DNA from: Chiloscyllium plagiosum
Taxonomy: Eukaryota
NCBI RefSeq assembly: GCF_004010195.1
Contig: NC_057720.1
Span: forward strand, 16,881,043-16,945,042
DNA length: 64,000 bases
Direction: 5' to 3'
Shown here: one piece after another, positions 14,223 through 26,739 of the stretch
Layout of the letters: each line of letters begins with the position of its first letter
How positions within the stretch are numbered: the first letter of the stretch is position 1
Notes under the pieces: model-generated
Told to the model about the DNA's origin: nothing
Seen by the model: only the letters and a program-made list of their open reading frames with translations
Databases searched by the model: none
Made by a program: the position numbers and the translations under genes

Positions 14223-14619
14223 TGTTATGGACCAGGCCAGATCCCATCAAAATATTTCAAGAAAGTAGCCCAGACCCAAACTTTGCTAGTTGTTTTAAGC
14301 AGGTGTAATGTGGATATTCCAGAAGGGATGAAGCTGGTCAAACCACTTTGTTTTAAACAAAACAGAATCTATTTACAAGATTACCGAATGAAACAAAAGC
14401 AAAAGAGAACAGAATACAGAATAACTTAACCTATCCGAAAACCCAACAGATTATACCAACTTAATGAAAGCCTGTTGCCTGAGGCAGTATCTGTTAGCTA
14501 TAATCAAATTGGCCATAAAACCCTTCAAACTTAGACTTTTCAGAGCCTGTGTTTTTTACACCTCTCTGGAAAAAAAACCAAGGACAACATAACATTGTTA
14601 AAGGAGCAGCATCATCACA
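14223..14619 (-). mobile_element. 3' LTR of a Gypsy-type retrotransposon
   Basis: On the - strand it runs TGTGATG...CCATAACA and is immediately preceded by the purine-rich tract TTTTCTTTAAGAGGGTAGG (14620-14638). It is related to the LTRs at 30223-30779 and 31981-33880. Confidence 0.85.
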
Positions 14620-15300
14620 CCTACCCTCTTAAAGAAAATGAACCATCAATATCCAAAGATGGCTTCATTTTAAAACCCCTTAATCTTAAATTGTTAGTAC
14701 ACTACAACACATTACATTACATTGACAATAATCATGTAAACATTCACTACTACATTTTGTTTCAGTCTGTTTCACTTCTGCAAACTAGCGCCTCTGTTTC
14801 TCATTCAAGTCTCAACAATGCATCTGCAATCATGTTTTCTCGTCCTGCCACATACACAATTTTCGAATTGAATGGCTGTAACAAAAAGCCCCACCTAAAT
14901 TGCGTGGCCTTTTTGTCCTTGAATTACTCCAATGGGTTATGATCAATTTAGATTACTGGGAATGTAAATATTGAAATGTTGCAATGCCAACACCAAGTTC
15001 AAAGTTTCGTTCTCATCTGTTGAATTTTTCTGCTGATGAATGTTCAGTTTCCTGGACAAATACCCAATAGGTCTTTCTATCTTCTCGTCATCTTTCTGCA
15101 AAAGCACAGCACCGACACCCACATCACCCGCATCAATAGCCACCTTGAGTGGGTTTGTGTAATTAGACATGGCTAACACGAGGGCAGGGGTTAACACAGC
15201 TTTCAGACTGTCAAATGCCTTCTGACAGTCCGCTATCCAGCTCTTGCCTTTCTTTAGCAATTCAGTGAGTGGAGCAGCCACACTGCTAAAATTTGGTAGG

Positions 15301-18300
15301 AACATACAACATAGAACATAGAATGTTACAGTACAGTACAGGCCCTTCAGCCCTTGATGTTGCTCCAACCTGTGAAAATAATCTGATGCCCATTTTACCT
15401 ACACCATTCCATTATTATCCATATGTATGCCCAATGCCCATTTAAATGCCCTTAACGTTGGTGAGTCTACTTCTGTTGCAGGCAGGCTGTTCCATCCCCC
15501 TACTACTCTGAGTGAAGAAACTACCCCTAATATCTATCCTAAGTCTATCACCCCTCAATTTAAAGCTATGTCCCCTCATGCTAGCCTTCAACATCTGAGG
15601 AAAAAGGCTCTCACAATCCACTCTATCCAACCCTCTGATTATCTTATACAACCTTCTTCCCTCCAATGAAAACAGCCTCATTTCCCTCTGCCTTTCCTCG
15701 TAAGACCTTCCCTCCATATTAGGCAACATCCCAGTAAATCTCCTCTGAACCCTTTCCAAAGCTGCCACATCCTTCCTATAATCCAGTCGCCAGAATTGCA
15801 CACAATATCCAGGTGCAGCCGTACCAGTGGCTTGTACAGTTGAAGCATGACTTTGTGGCTCCAAAACTCAATCCCCCCACCAATACATGCCAACACACCA
15901 CATGCCTTCTTAACACCCTATCAACCTGGGTGGCAACTCTCAGGGACTTATGCACCAGGACACCGAGATTTTTCTGTTCATCTCCACTGCCAAGAATTTT
16001 ACCATTAGCCCAAAACTCTGCATTCCTGTTACTTCTTCCAAAGTGAGCTACCTCACACTTTTCTGCATTAAACTCCATTTAGCACTTCTCAGCCCAGCTC
16101 TGCAACTTATCCATGTCCCTCTGTAACCCACAGCATCCTTCAGCACTATCCACAACTCTGCCTACCTTAGTATCATCCACAAATTTACTAACCCATCCTT
16201 TTATGCCCACCTCCAGATCATTTATAAAAATGATAAACAGCATTGGCACACCACTGGTAACTGAGCTCCAGGAGCTCCCATCAACCATCACCCTCTGTCT
16301 TCTTTCAGTAAGCCAATTTCTGATCCAAACCGCTAAATCACCTTCAATCCCGAAACTCTGTATTTTGTGCAATAGCCTACTGTGTGGAACCTTATCATAT
16401 GCCTTACTGAAGTCCACATACACCACATCAACTGCTTTACCTTCATCAACCTGTTTTGTCACCTTCTCAAAGAACTCAATAAGGTTAGTGAAGAATGACC
16501 TACCCTTCACAAAACCATGTTGACTATCCCTAATCAAATTATTCCTTTCCAGAAGATTATAAATCCTATCTCTTATCACCTTTTCCAACACCTTACCCAC
16601 AACTGAAGTAAGGCTCACTGGCCTATAATTACCAGGGTTGTCTCCACTCCCCTTCTTAAACAAAGGAACAACATTTGCTATCCTCCAGTCTTCTGGCACT
16701 ACTCCTGTTGACAATGATGACATAAAGATCAAAGCCAAAGGATCTACAATCTCCTCCTGGCTTTCCAGAGAATCCGAGGATAAATCCCATCCGGCACAGG
16801 GGTCTTATCTATTTTCAGATCTCCAGAATTGCTAAAACCTCCTCTTTGTCGACCTCAATCCTATCTAATCTTGTCGCCTGTATCTCTGTATTCTCACTAA
16901 CATTGCCCTTTTCCAATGTGAATACTAATGAAAAGTATTCATTAAGTGCTTCCCCATGTCCACAGATTCCACATACAACTTTCCACTGCTAACTTTGATT
17001 GACCCTAATCTTACTCTAGTCATTCTTTTATTCCTGATATACCTATAGAAGGCCTTAGGTTTTCCTCGCTCCTATCCACCAAAAACTTATCATGTCCCCT
17101 CCTGGCTCTTCTTCGCCCTCTCTTTAGATCCTTTCTGGCGAACTTATGACTCTCAAGCCCCCTAACTGAGTCTTCACGCCTCATCCTCACATGAACTTTC
17201 TTCTTCCTCTTGACAAGAGCTTCAACTTCTTTCGTAAACCATGGCTCCCTCTGTCAACAACTACCTCCCTGCCTGATAGGTATATATTTATCAAGGTTTT
17301 GGTCAGAGTGGTGCTGGAAAAGCACAGCAGGTCAGGCAGCATCCAAGGAGCAGGAAAATCGACGTTTCGGGCAAAAGCCTTCATCAGCACCACTCTAATC
17401 TAAACTCTGGTTTCCAGCATCTGCAGTCCTTACTTTTGCCTGTATACTTATCAAGGGCCCACGGTAGAATAGAATAGTGTAGGTTAGATGAGCGTCAGAT
17501 TGGTACGACAGGTCGGTGCAACATTGAGGGCCGAAGGGCCTGTACTGCGCTGTAATGTTCTATGTTCTATAAGCTCCACATTTCAAGTATGTCCATCCCC
17601 TGCAGTTTACTTCCCCATCCTATGCATCCTAAATCTTGCCTCATCCCATCATAATTGCCTTTCCCCCAGTTATACCTCCTTCCCTGCAGTAAATATCTAT
17701 CCCTGCCCATTGCTATTGTAAATATAATCGAATTATGGTCACTATTGCCAAAGTGCTCACCTACCTCCAAATCTAACACCTGGCCTGGTTCATTCCCCAG
17801 TATCACATCCAATGTGGTCTCACCCCTTGTTGGCCTGTCTATATACTGTGTCAGGAAACCCCCCTGCACTCATTGAACAAAAACTGGCCCATCTAAACTA
17901 CTTGAACTATAGTATTCCCAGTCAATAGTTGGGAAGTTAATGTCCCCCATAACCAGCATCCCTGTTACTCTCACTCCTATCAAGAGTCATCTTTACTATA
18001 CTTTCCCTACATCCCTGGAACAATTCGGAGGCCTAGAGAAAACTCCCAAAGGGTGACCTTTCCTTTCCTGTTTCTAACCTCAGCCCAAACTACCTCAGCG
18101 GAAGAGTCCTCAAATGTTCTCTCAGCTGCTGTAATACTACCCTTGATTAACAATGCCACACCACCCCCTTTTACCATCATTTCTGTTCTTGCTGAAACAT
18201 CTAATTCCTGGAATCCACAACAACATTCCTGTCCTTCCTCTACCCATGTCTCTAAATGGCCACAACATCGAAATCCCAGGTACCAACCCATGCTGCAAGT

Positions 18301-18808
18301 TCACCCACCCTATTCCAGATACTCCTGGCATTGAAGTACACACATTTCAAACTAACATCCTGACTGCCGGTGCCCTCTCATTACCTTGTAAACCTATCCC
18401 TGACCTTACTACCCTCAACCTCCTGTACACTGGAACTACAATTCAGTTTCCCATCCCCTGCAGATTTGTCCCCCACAACTGTATCCAAAACGGAATACTT
18501 GTTGTTGAGGGAACCACCACAGGAGATCCCTGCACTGCCTGCCAGTTCCCTTTCCTACTCCTGACAATAATCCATCTACCTTCTTCATGTAGCTGTGGAG
18601 TAACTACCTCCCTGTAACTCCTCTCAATAACCCCCTCCGCCTCCCGAATGATCTGAAGTTCATCCAGCTCCAGCTCCAGTTCCCTAACACGGTTCCCAAG
18701 GAGCTGGAGTTGGGTGTACTCCCATATACTGCAGGAGGAACATTCAACTGCCCTAACCTCCATTCTCACTGTTTTAAATTCCCAAATAGACTGCTGAAAA
18801 AATGACGT
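15301..18808 (-). mobile_element. CR1 LINE with 5' end and internal deletions, nested in the Gypsy pol
   Basis: ORF1 start MEVRAVECSSCSIWE...RVRELELELDEL. ORF2 pieces GNSDHN, NYRPVSLTSVVGK, DFSKAYDKVPH, FVDDTK. (TTCTATG)n-type tail near 15301-15325. Confidence 0.9.
17297..17442. mobile_element. Penelope terminal-repeat mini-insertion with hammerhead motif
   Basis: Flanked by TATA(T/C)TTATCAAGG at 17283-17296 and 17443-17456. The - strand carries CTGATGAAGGCTTTTGCCCGAAACGTC. Confidence 0.75.
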
Positions 18809-19179
18809 TTTTGATAAAATCCACTCAATCCTAGGAATTGTGGTATTGCTTTTTTTGTCAATGGTGTGGAAAACTCCCCAGTTACCTTTGTTTTTGCATT
18901 CATGGGCCATTTGTCCATGTCAATAACATGGCTCACGAAGGTGACTTGGTCTTTGGCAAATTCACTTTTAGCCAGGTTTATCATCAAGCCTGCCTTTTGA
19001 AGTAGATCGAACAAGTTCGATAAACATTACAAATGTTCCTTCCATGTATGATTAAAAATCACCACATCATCAATATAAACTACACAGTTTGGTAATCCGT
19101 CAATGACCTTATTGGTTAGTCTCTGAAATGTGGCTGGTGCATTTTTCATAACAAATGGCACGACTTTAAACCGATACAG

Positions 19180-19319
19180 GGAGAAAGTGAGGACTGCAGA
19201 TGCTGGAGATCAGAGTCGAGAGTGTGGTGCTGGAAAAGCACAGCAAGTCAGGCAGCATCTGATTCTCCTACTCCTTAGTTGCTGCCTGACCTACTGTGTT
19301 TTTCCAGCACCGCACTCTT
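19180..19319. mobile_element. Palindromic Penelope terminal-repeat mini-insertion
   Basis: Internal inverted repeat. An 18-bp duplication GACTTTAAAC(C/T)GATACAG at 19162-19179 and 19320-19337 interrupts the Gypsy RT frame. Confidence 0.85.
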
Positions 19320-21114
19320 GACTTTAAACTGATACAGTCCATTCAATGTTATGAAAGCCGAAATTATTCCCTGCAGTCTTTCTTGACATCCTGATGCAGA
19401 ACCTTTAGCAAGGTGTCACTAAATGACAAGGCCAGGTTCTACTCTGGCTTGAATACTTTTGGGGAGGGGTTGACCAAGACAGTCTGCGTGGTTCCCCTTG
19501 CAGTAACTGAATGCCTGTCTGAGTGGCCCTTCAATATAGCAAGTCGATCTTCGGCCAAGAAGATCATGGCAGCAAAAAGAATTTCTTGCCTGTCCATCAG
19601 ATTCATCATTGTACTTACACACAAACACACCGACCTGTACAATGAGCTGAAATCCTGATATTCGCATGTGAAAACCTGAACTGTCCCTGAGTAGAGGTAA
19701 ATCCTACTTTCAGGCCTACCTCTGGACTTAGACCCCCAATACAAGATTCTGCCCAATGTTACTAATGTTCTTTGCAATCTTAGTTTCATAATTACAATGC
19801 CAAAACTCTGTAATTTAATGCAGATAATAAAAAATGATTAAATTCTTTGTGTATGTTAATTAAGCACATCCGGTGATTAGTGCTGGATGACCATTATTTG
19901 CTTCCAGAAAATAGCCAAATAATTTTTCACGAACAGCGTTAAAAGCAGAATTATCCTTCGCCAGTTCTTGGTAATTTACTCTGTTGGCTAGTAAGCTTCC
20001 TGGTTTGATTTTGTTTGGCTTTCGGCCTACTGATAAAACTGCAGATACTCTTAAACTACATTTTACATATCCTCCCAAAACAAAGAGGTATTTCACAACA
20101 ACATTGTGCATTATAACTGTTTGTGATCAATTTCCAGCCCTGTGCAGCAGAGATGCTTTCGGAATATTGGACATCCATTTGTGATGGAAAATGGCTGACA
20201 TGTTTCTCAACCCCATTCTTCTGCCTTCTCCACACATTCCTTGATCCTTTTATTAATCAAGAGCTTACCTATCTCGGTCTTAACTACACTTAATGACTTG
20301 GCCTCTGCAGCCTTCTATGGCAATGAGTTCCACAGATTCACCACCCTCTATACTCTTTCGTTTACCATTTGGCCAATTCTCTGTATTATGTGGCGACTTG
20401 CCCCTGCTCTCTTGCTTCTTCAATTCTATAAAGGATCAACAAGTCCCATCATGGCAGCCATCTACCTTTAAGGCTTATCCTCAGCCTTCAGTTCCGCATT
20501 GAACTCCATGTCACTAACGGGATGTTGAGGTCATCCCAATCAGAGCAGTTGCAGTTGAAGATAACAATGAATAAGTGACAAAGACACTGCACTCGGGGAT
20601 AGACAACATTCCAGCTTGTATTCCCCGATCCCAGTTTGAAAATCAAGCCCCTTATGCCTGTTTTCATGTAAAGGGAGATAAAGAAGGCATTGAACAAGGA
20701 GAGTGAAATGATGGATGGTAATAGCACACAATGGAAATTAAGGCATTTATGGTCTTCACAAGTGAATTAATCGCTCGGTCCAGTTGAAATATATCTCATG
20801 CCACTAAGAGATAGTTAGGGAGGAAATGATGGAGACTCTGAATCTCTTTTTTTCAAATTTCTCGAGCTACAGGTGGAGGGCAGGAGGACCAATAAAGTTC
20901 GATTGTCATTTGAAGTTGGATAACCTGAGTAATGACAGACTAGTCAGCCTAACTTGGTGATGGGAACGTTCTTGGGAAAATTCTGAGGGATAATATATAC
21001 TTTATATTAATGAAGCATAGATCAAAGATAAGCAGCAAGGATTTGTTCACAGAAGTCTGACTTCATGCCTTTTATTTTTAAGGAGGTAATGAGAAGTGAT
21101 GATGGAGTTAGAAC

Positions 21115-24100
21115 ATTACAACATAGAACATAGAACATTACAATGCATTCCAAGCCCTTCAGCCCTCAATGTTGTGCCACCATGTGAAACCAATCTGAAG
21201 CCCATTGAACCTGCACTATTCCATTCTCATCCATATGCCTATCCAATGACCATTTAAATGCCCTTAAAGTTGGCGAGTCTACTACTGTTGCAGGCAGGCT
21301 GTTCCACAACCCTACTACTCTCTAAGTAAAGAAACCACCTCTGACATCTGTCCTATATTTATCACCCCTCCATTTAAAGCTATGTCCTCTCGTGCTAGCC
21401 ATCACCATTGAAGGAAACAGGCTCTCACTGTTCATCCGATCTAACCCTCTGATTATCTTATATGTCTCAATTAAGTCACCTCTCAACCTTCTTCTCTCTA
21501 ATGAAAACAGCGTCAAGCCCCTCAGCCTTTCCTTGTAAGACCTTCCCTCCACACCAGGCAACATCCTCGTAAATCTCCTCTGAACCCTTTCCAAAGCTTT
21601 TGCATCCTTCCTACAATGTGGTGACCAGAACTGTATGCAGTACTCCAAGTGCAATCGCACCAGAGTTTTGTACAGCTGCAGCATGACCTCATGGTCCCAA
21701 AACTCAATCCCTCTACTAATAAAAGCTAACACATTGTATGTCTTCTTAACAACCCTATCAACCTGACTGGCAACTTTCAAGAATCTATGTACCTGGACAC
21801 TGAGATCCCTCTGCTCATTTACACTACCAAGAATCTTACCATTAGTCCAGATCTCTGCATTTCTGTTACTCCTTCCAAAGTGAATCATCTCACACTTTTC
21901 TGCATTAAACTCCATTTACCACCTCTCAGCCCAGTTCTGCAACTTATCTATATCTCCCTGTAACTTGCAACTTCCTTCATCACTATCCACAACTCTACTG
22001 ACCTTAGTGTCACTTGCAAATTCAGGTCATTTATAAAAATGACAAACAACAGTGGACCCAAAACAGATCATCGCAGTGCACCACTAGTAACTGTCTTCTT
22101 TCAGTAAGCCAATTTCTGATACAAACCGCTAAATCACCCTCAACCCCTTACCTCTGTATTTTGTGCAATAGCCTACCATAGGGGACCTTAACAAATGCCT
22201 TACCAAAATCCATATATACCACATCAACTGCTTTACCCTCATCTACCTGTTAGTCATCTTCTCAAAGAACTCAATAAAGTTTGTGAGGCACGACCTACCC
22301 TTCACAAAACAGTGTTGATTATCCCTAACTAACTTATTCCTTTTGAGATAATTTTAATTCCTATCTCTTATAATCCTTTTCAACACTTTACTCACAACCG
22401 AAATAAGGCTCACTGGTCTATAATTACCATCATTGTCTCTACTCCCCTTCTTGAACAAGGGAACAACATTTGCTCTCCTCCAGTCTTCTGGCACTATTCC
22501 TGTATACAATGATGATATAAAGATCAAAGCCGAAGACTCTGCAATCTCCTCCCTGGCTTCCCAGAGAATCTAGGATAAATCCCATCTGGCTCAGGGGACT
22601 TATCTATTTTTACACTTTCCAGAATTGCGAACACCTCCTCCTTGTGAACCTCAATCCCACCTAGTCTAGTAGCTTGTACCTTAGTATTTCCTCGACAACA
22701 TTGTCTTTTACTAGTGTCAATACTGACGAAAAGTATTCATTTAGCACTTCCCCTACCTCCTCTGACTCCACACACAACTTCCCACAACTACCCTTGATTG
22801 GTCCAAATCTTAATCTGGTCATTCTTTTATTCTTGATATACTGATAGAAAGCCTTGGGGTTTTCCTTGATCCTATTTGCCAATGATTTCTCATGTCCCAT
22901 CTTGGCTCTTCTTAGCTCTCTCTTTAGGTCTTTCCTGGCTAAATTGTAACTCTCAAGTGCCCCAACTGAGCCATCACATCTCATCCTAACATAAGTCTTC
23001 TTCTTCTTCCTCTTGACAAAAGATTCAACATCCTTAGTAAACCACGGCTCCCGTGCTCAACCACTTCCTCCCCACCTGACAGGTACCTACTATCAAGGAT
23101 CCGCAGTAGCTGTTCCTTGAATAAACTCCACATTTCAATTGTGCCCATCCCCTGCAGTTACTTTCCCCATCCTATGCATCCCAAATCTTGCCTAATCACA
23201 TCGTTATTGCCTTTCCTCCAGCTATAACTCTTGCCCTGTGGTATATACCTTTATCTTTCCATCACTAAAGTAAACATAACCGAATTGTGGTCACTATCAC
23301 CAAAGTGCTCACCTCCCTCCAAATCTAACACCTGGCTGGGTTCATTACCCAGTACCAAATCCAATAGGCATCGCCCCTTGTTGGCCTGTCTACATACTGT
23401 GTCAGGAAACCCTCCTGCACACATTGAACAAAAACTGATCTATCTAAAGTACTTGAACTATAGTATTCCCAGTCAATATTTGAAAAGTTGAAGACCCCAT
23501 AACAACTACCCTGTCATTCTCGCTCCTATCCAGAATCATGTTTGCAATCCTTTTTTGTACATCTCTGGAACAATTCAGAGGCCTACAGAAAACTCCCCAG
23601 AGGGTGACCTTTCCTTTCCTTTTTCCTACCTGAACCCATACTATCTCGTTAGATGAATCCTCAAACATCCTTGCTGCAACCATAACACTATCCTTGATTA
23701 ACAATGCCACACCAACCTCTCTTTTACCATCCTCTCTGTTCTTACTGAAACATCTAAATCCCGGAACCTGCAATAACCATTCCTGTCCCTGCTCTACCCA
23801 TGTCTCCGAAATGGCCACAACATCGAAATCCCAGATACCAGCCCATGCTGCAAGTTCACCCACCTTATTCCAGATGCTCCTGGCATTGAAGTGGACACAC
23901 TTCAAACCAATTTCTTGCTTGCCGATGCCTTCTTGCGATCTTGAAACCTTATTTCTTACCTCACTATTCTCAACCCCCTGTATACTGAAGCTGCAGTTTA
24001 GGTTCCATTCCCCTGCTGAATTAATTTAAATCCACCTGGAAAGCATTAACAAATCTCCCCCCCAAGATATTGGTACCCCTCTGGTTCAGGTGAAGACCGT

Positions 24101-24190
24101 CCTGTTTGTAGAGGTCCACGTACCCTAGAAAAAGCGCCTATTATCTAGGAATCAAAAACCCTCCCTCCTGCACCATCCCTGTAGCCAAGA
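21115..24190 (-). mobile_element. CR1 LINE, near-complete degenerate ORF2
   Basis: Endonuclease LKCVHFNARSIWNK...ISETW (23444-23905) and RT C-terminus MEFNAEKCE...LEYCIQFWSP (21322-21915), with a TTCTATG repeat tail. Confidence 0.92.
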
Positions 24191-24194
24191 GGTC

Positions 24195-24470
24195 AAGGTG
24201 AGGGTGATAGGTCAGACTGGGGTGGGGGCGGAGAGGTCGGGAAGAAGATTGCAGGTTAGGAAGGCGGTGCTGAATTCGATGGATTAGACTGAGACAAGGT
24301 GGGGGGAGGGGAAATGGGAAACTGGTGAATATAGAGGAGGCCACATCGGGTGCAGAGGATGCAATAGATGATGTGTGTGGAGGTGCAGGTGAATCTGTGG
24401 CGGATATGGAAGTTTCCTTTGGGGCCTTGGAGGGAGGTGAGGGGAGAGCCTGTGAGCCCATAGGTGTTCC
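24195..24470 (-). mobile_element. Penelope-like element 3' fragment (GIY-YIG region)
   Basis: Similar to 42170-42290 (IIYCILCTRCGLLYI-type motif) plus a C-rich terminal-repeat segment. Confidence 0.65.
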
Positions 24471-25092
24471 ATTCATCTGTTCCAATATCTCCAGATGGTG
24501 TGTGGTGGCCCAGTATTGGGTCCCTTACATTTCAATGATTTTGACTTAAATCTAACTGGGATAATTAAGACATTTGAAGCTGATATGACAATTGGAAGTA
24601 GCATTATCCAGGGTCCAGGCTGGATGGTGTTATCCTGAGTATGGGGCAGAGAGAAAGGATTTCCAAGGCAAGAGGTGATGCTTATTCATGGAAACATTGA
24701 CAATGGGAACAGGAGTAGCCCATTTGGTCCTTTGAGCCTGTTCTGCCATTTAATATGATCTCAGTTGATTATGTAACTCAGAATCCTGTTCCCACTTTCT
24801 CCTGATAACCTTTGACCACCTAAGAACTACATCTGCAACAATCTTGGAATCATTTAATGTTTTGGGCTCAACAATTTGCTCTAATTCCACAGGCTCACCA
24901 CTCACTGGGTGAAGACATTCTGCTCATCTAATTTCTAAATGGTCCATCCTTAGACTGTAACCACTGGTTCAGGACTCCCTAGTCATCAAAGACATCCTTC
25001 CTGTTTTTACCTTGTCTAGTCCTATTAACATTTTATAGGCATCTGTGAGGTCCCCTCATTCTTCGAGATTCTAGTGAACATAGTCTGATCTG

Positions 25093-25398
25093 ATTAGATT
25101 ACCTACAGTGTGGAAACAGGCCCTTCGGCCCAACAAGTCCAAACCGACCACCCGAAGACTTACCCACCCAGACCCATTATTTACCCCTAACTAATGCATC
25201 TAACACTATGGGCAATTTAGAATGGCCAATTCACCTGACCTGCACATCTTTGGACTGTGGGAGGAAACCGGAGCACCTGGAGGAAACCCATGCAGACATG
25301 GGGAGAATGTGCAAACTCCACACAGACAGCCACCCAAGGCTGGAATTGAACCTGCATTCCTGGTGCTGTGAGGCGGCAGTGCTAACCACTGTGCCGCC
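25093..25398 (-). mobile_element. HE1-type V-SINE
   Basis: tRNA-like head GGCGGCACAGTGGTTAGCAC, V-domain GTGTGGAGTTTGCACATTCTCCCC, and CR1-like tail GGGCCGAAGGGCCTGTTTCCACACTGTAGG. Confidence 0.9.
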
Positions 25399-25529
25399 TC
25401 TGATCCAGTTTCTCTTCATACGCCAGTCCTGACATCCCAAGAATCAGTCAGGTAAACTTTTATTGCATTCCCTCCATAGCCAGAACATCCTTACTTAGAT
25501 CAAGGTAAGAGAACTTAGGAGTCCCAGGT

Positions 25530-26560
25530 GGGATGGTGTCAGTTACCAGTCTTTGGGACAGGCTGTCAAGTTATCTGGAGTCTGGAGCAGGAGGTGCGGG
25601 CTACACAGGGTCCATGGTGAGAAGTGCAGGTTATACAAAGATGGGGTGGGAGTTCACGGGCAGGGATCTGTGGTTTATCCAAGGTCCTCACAAGGAGGTA
25701 TGTGTTATCCAGGGTTAGAGTGGGGAGGTGTGAGTTATCAGGGACAGGGTGGGTAAGTGTCAGTTATCAGTTTTAGGGGAAGGGATATGTGTTTATCTGT
25801 GGTAAGGGCGAGAAGGTGTGATGATCTGGGGTGGGGAGGTGTTCGTTATCCATAGTCCGGGTCAGGGAGTTGGCTGATGTCCGTGATCTGGGTTGGGAGG
25901 TGATAGTCCATGGTAGGGATGTATTGGTTATCCAGGGTTCATTATGGGGAGGAGTAAATTATCCGGGGTCCAAGGGGAGGAGGCATTAGTTATTCAGGTT
26001 TGTGGCGGGGAAGAATTAGTTATCAGTTATCCGGGGTCCACGGCAGTGAGTTATTAGTTATTCAGAGTCTGGAATGGGGAGGTATCTAGGTGCAGGAGTA
26101 TTGGTTATCCAATGTGGGGAGATATTAGTTATTCAGGATCTGGGACAGATTAATTATCAGTAATTCATGGTCTGGAGTGGGCAGGGATTAATTATCTCGT
26201 TGTCTCGAGTCCGGGGCAGGAAGGGATTAGTTATCTCGGGTTCAGAGCAAGGATGATTTGGAGGTGCAAGTGTTGGACTGGAGTGTACAAAGTTAAAAAT
26301 CACACAACACCAGATTATAGTCCAATAGATTTATTTGGAAGCACTAGCTTTCGGAGCACTGCTCCTTCATCAGGTGGTTGTGGAGAATAAGGTCGTAAGA
26401 CACAGAATTTATCGCAAAAGTTTACAGTATGATGCAACTGAAGTTTTATACTGAAAAAGACCTGGAATGGGTATGTTGGTTTCTGAACTGAAACCAGTAT
26501 TGGTTATCCAGTGTGGGGAGAGATTAATTATCCAGTCTCTGGGATGGGGAGGTATTAGTT
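25530..26560 (+). repeat. Degenerate older copies of the promoter minisatellite (interrupted by a Penelope piece at ~26255-26480)
   Basis: Recurrent TATT(A/G)GTTATCC...GGG units that resemble the 26740-27833 unit but have lost most CpGs. Confidence 0.7.
26342..26376 (-). ncRNA. Minimal type I hammerhead ribozyme motif (AGCT family)
   Basis: CAC-CTGATGA-A-GGAGC/AGT/GCTCC-GAAA-GCTA-GTG: intact core with paired stems I and II. Confidence 0.8.
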
Positions 26561-26739
26561 AACCCTCCCATTTATCTCTCCACCCTGGAGGCTCCCTGCC
26601 TTCATTCCTAATGAAGGGCTTCTGCCCAAGATGTCAATTGTCCTGCTCCTCGGATGCTGCCTGACCTGCTGTGCTTTTCCAGCACCACTCTGATCTAGAC
26701 TCTGATCTCCAGCACCTGGAGTCCTCACTTTTGCTTAGT

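Larger units (their letters stand above)
14801..19370 (-). mobile_element. Gypsy pol remnant (RT + RNase H), split by a CR1 insertion
   Basis: RT at 18810-19370: ISAFITLNGLYQFKV/PFVMKNAPATFQRL...VYIDDVVIF. RNase H at 14801-15300: PNFSSVAAPLTELLKK...IDAGDVGVGAVLLQ...GRENMIADALLRLE*. Confidence 0.9.

Noticed and set aside
25330..25398. tRNA genes at SINE heads (also 33361, ~36000, ~46520, ~3800)
   Set aside because: The A/B boxes continue into SINE bodies, and there is no complete cloverleaf.
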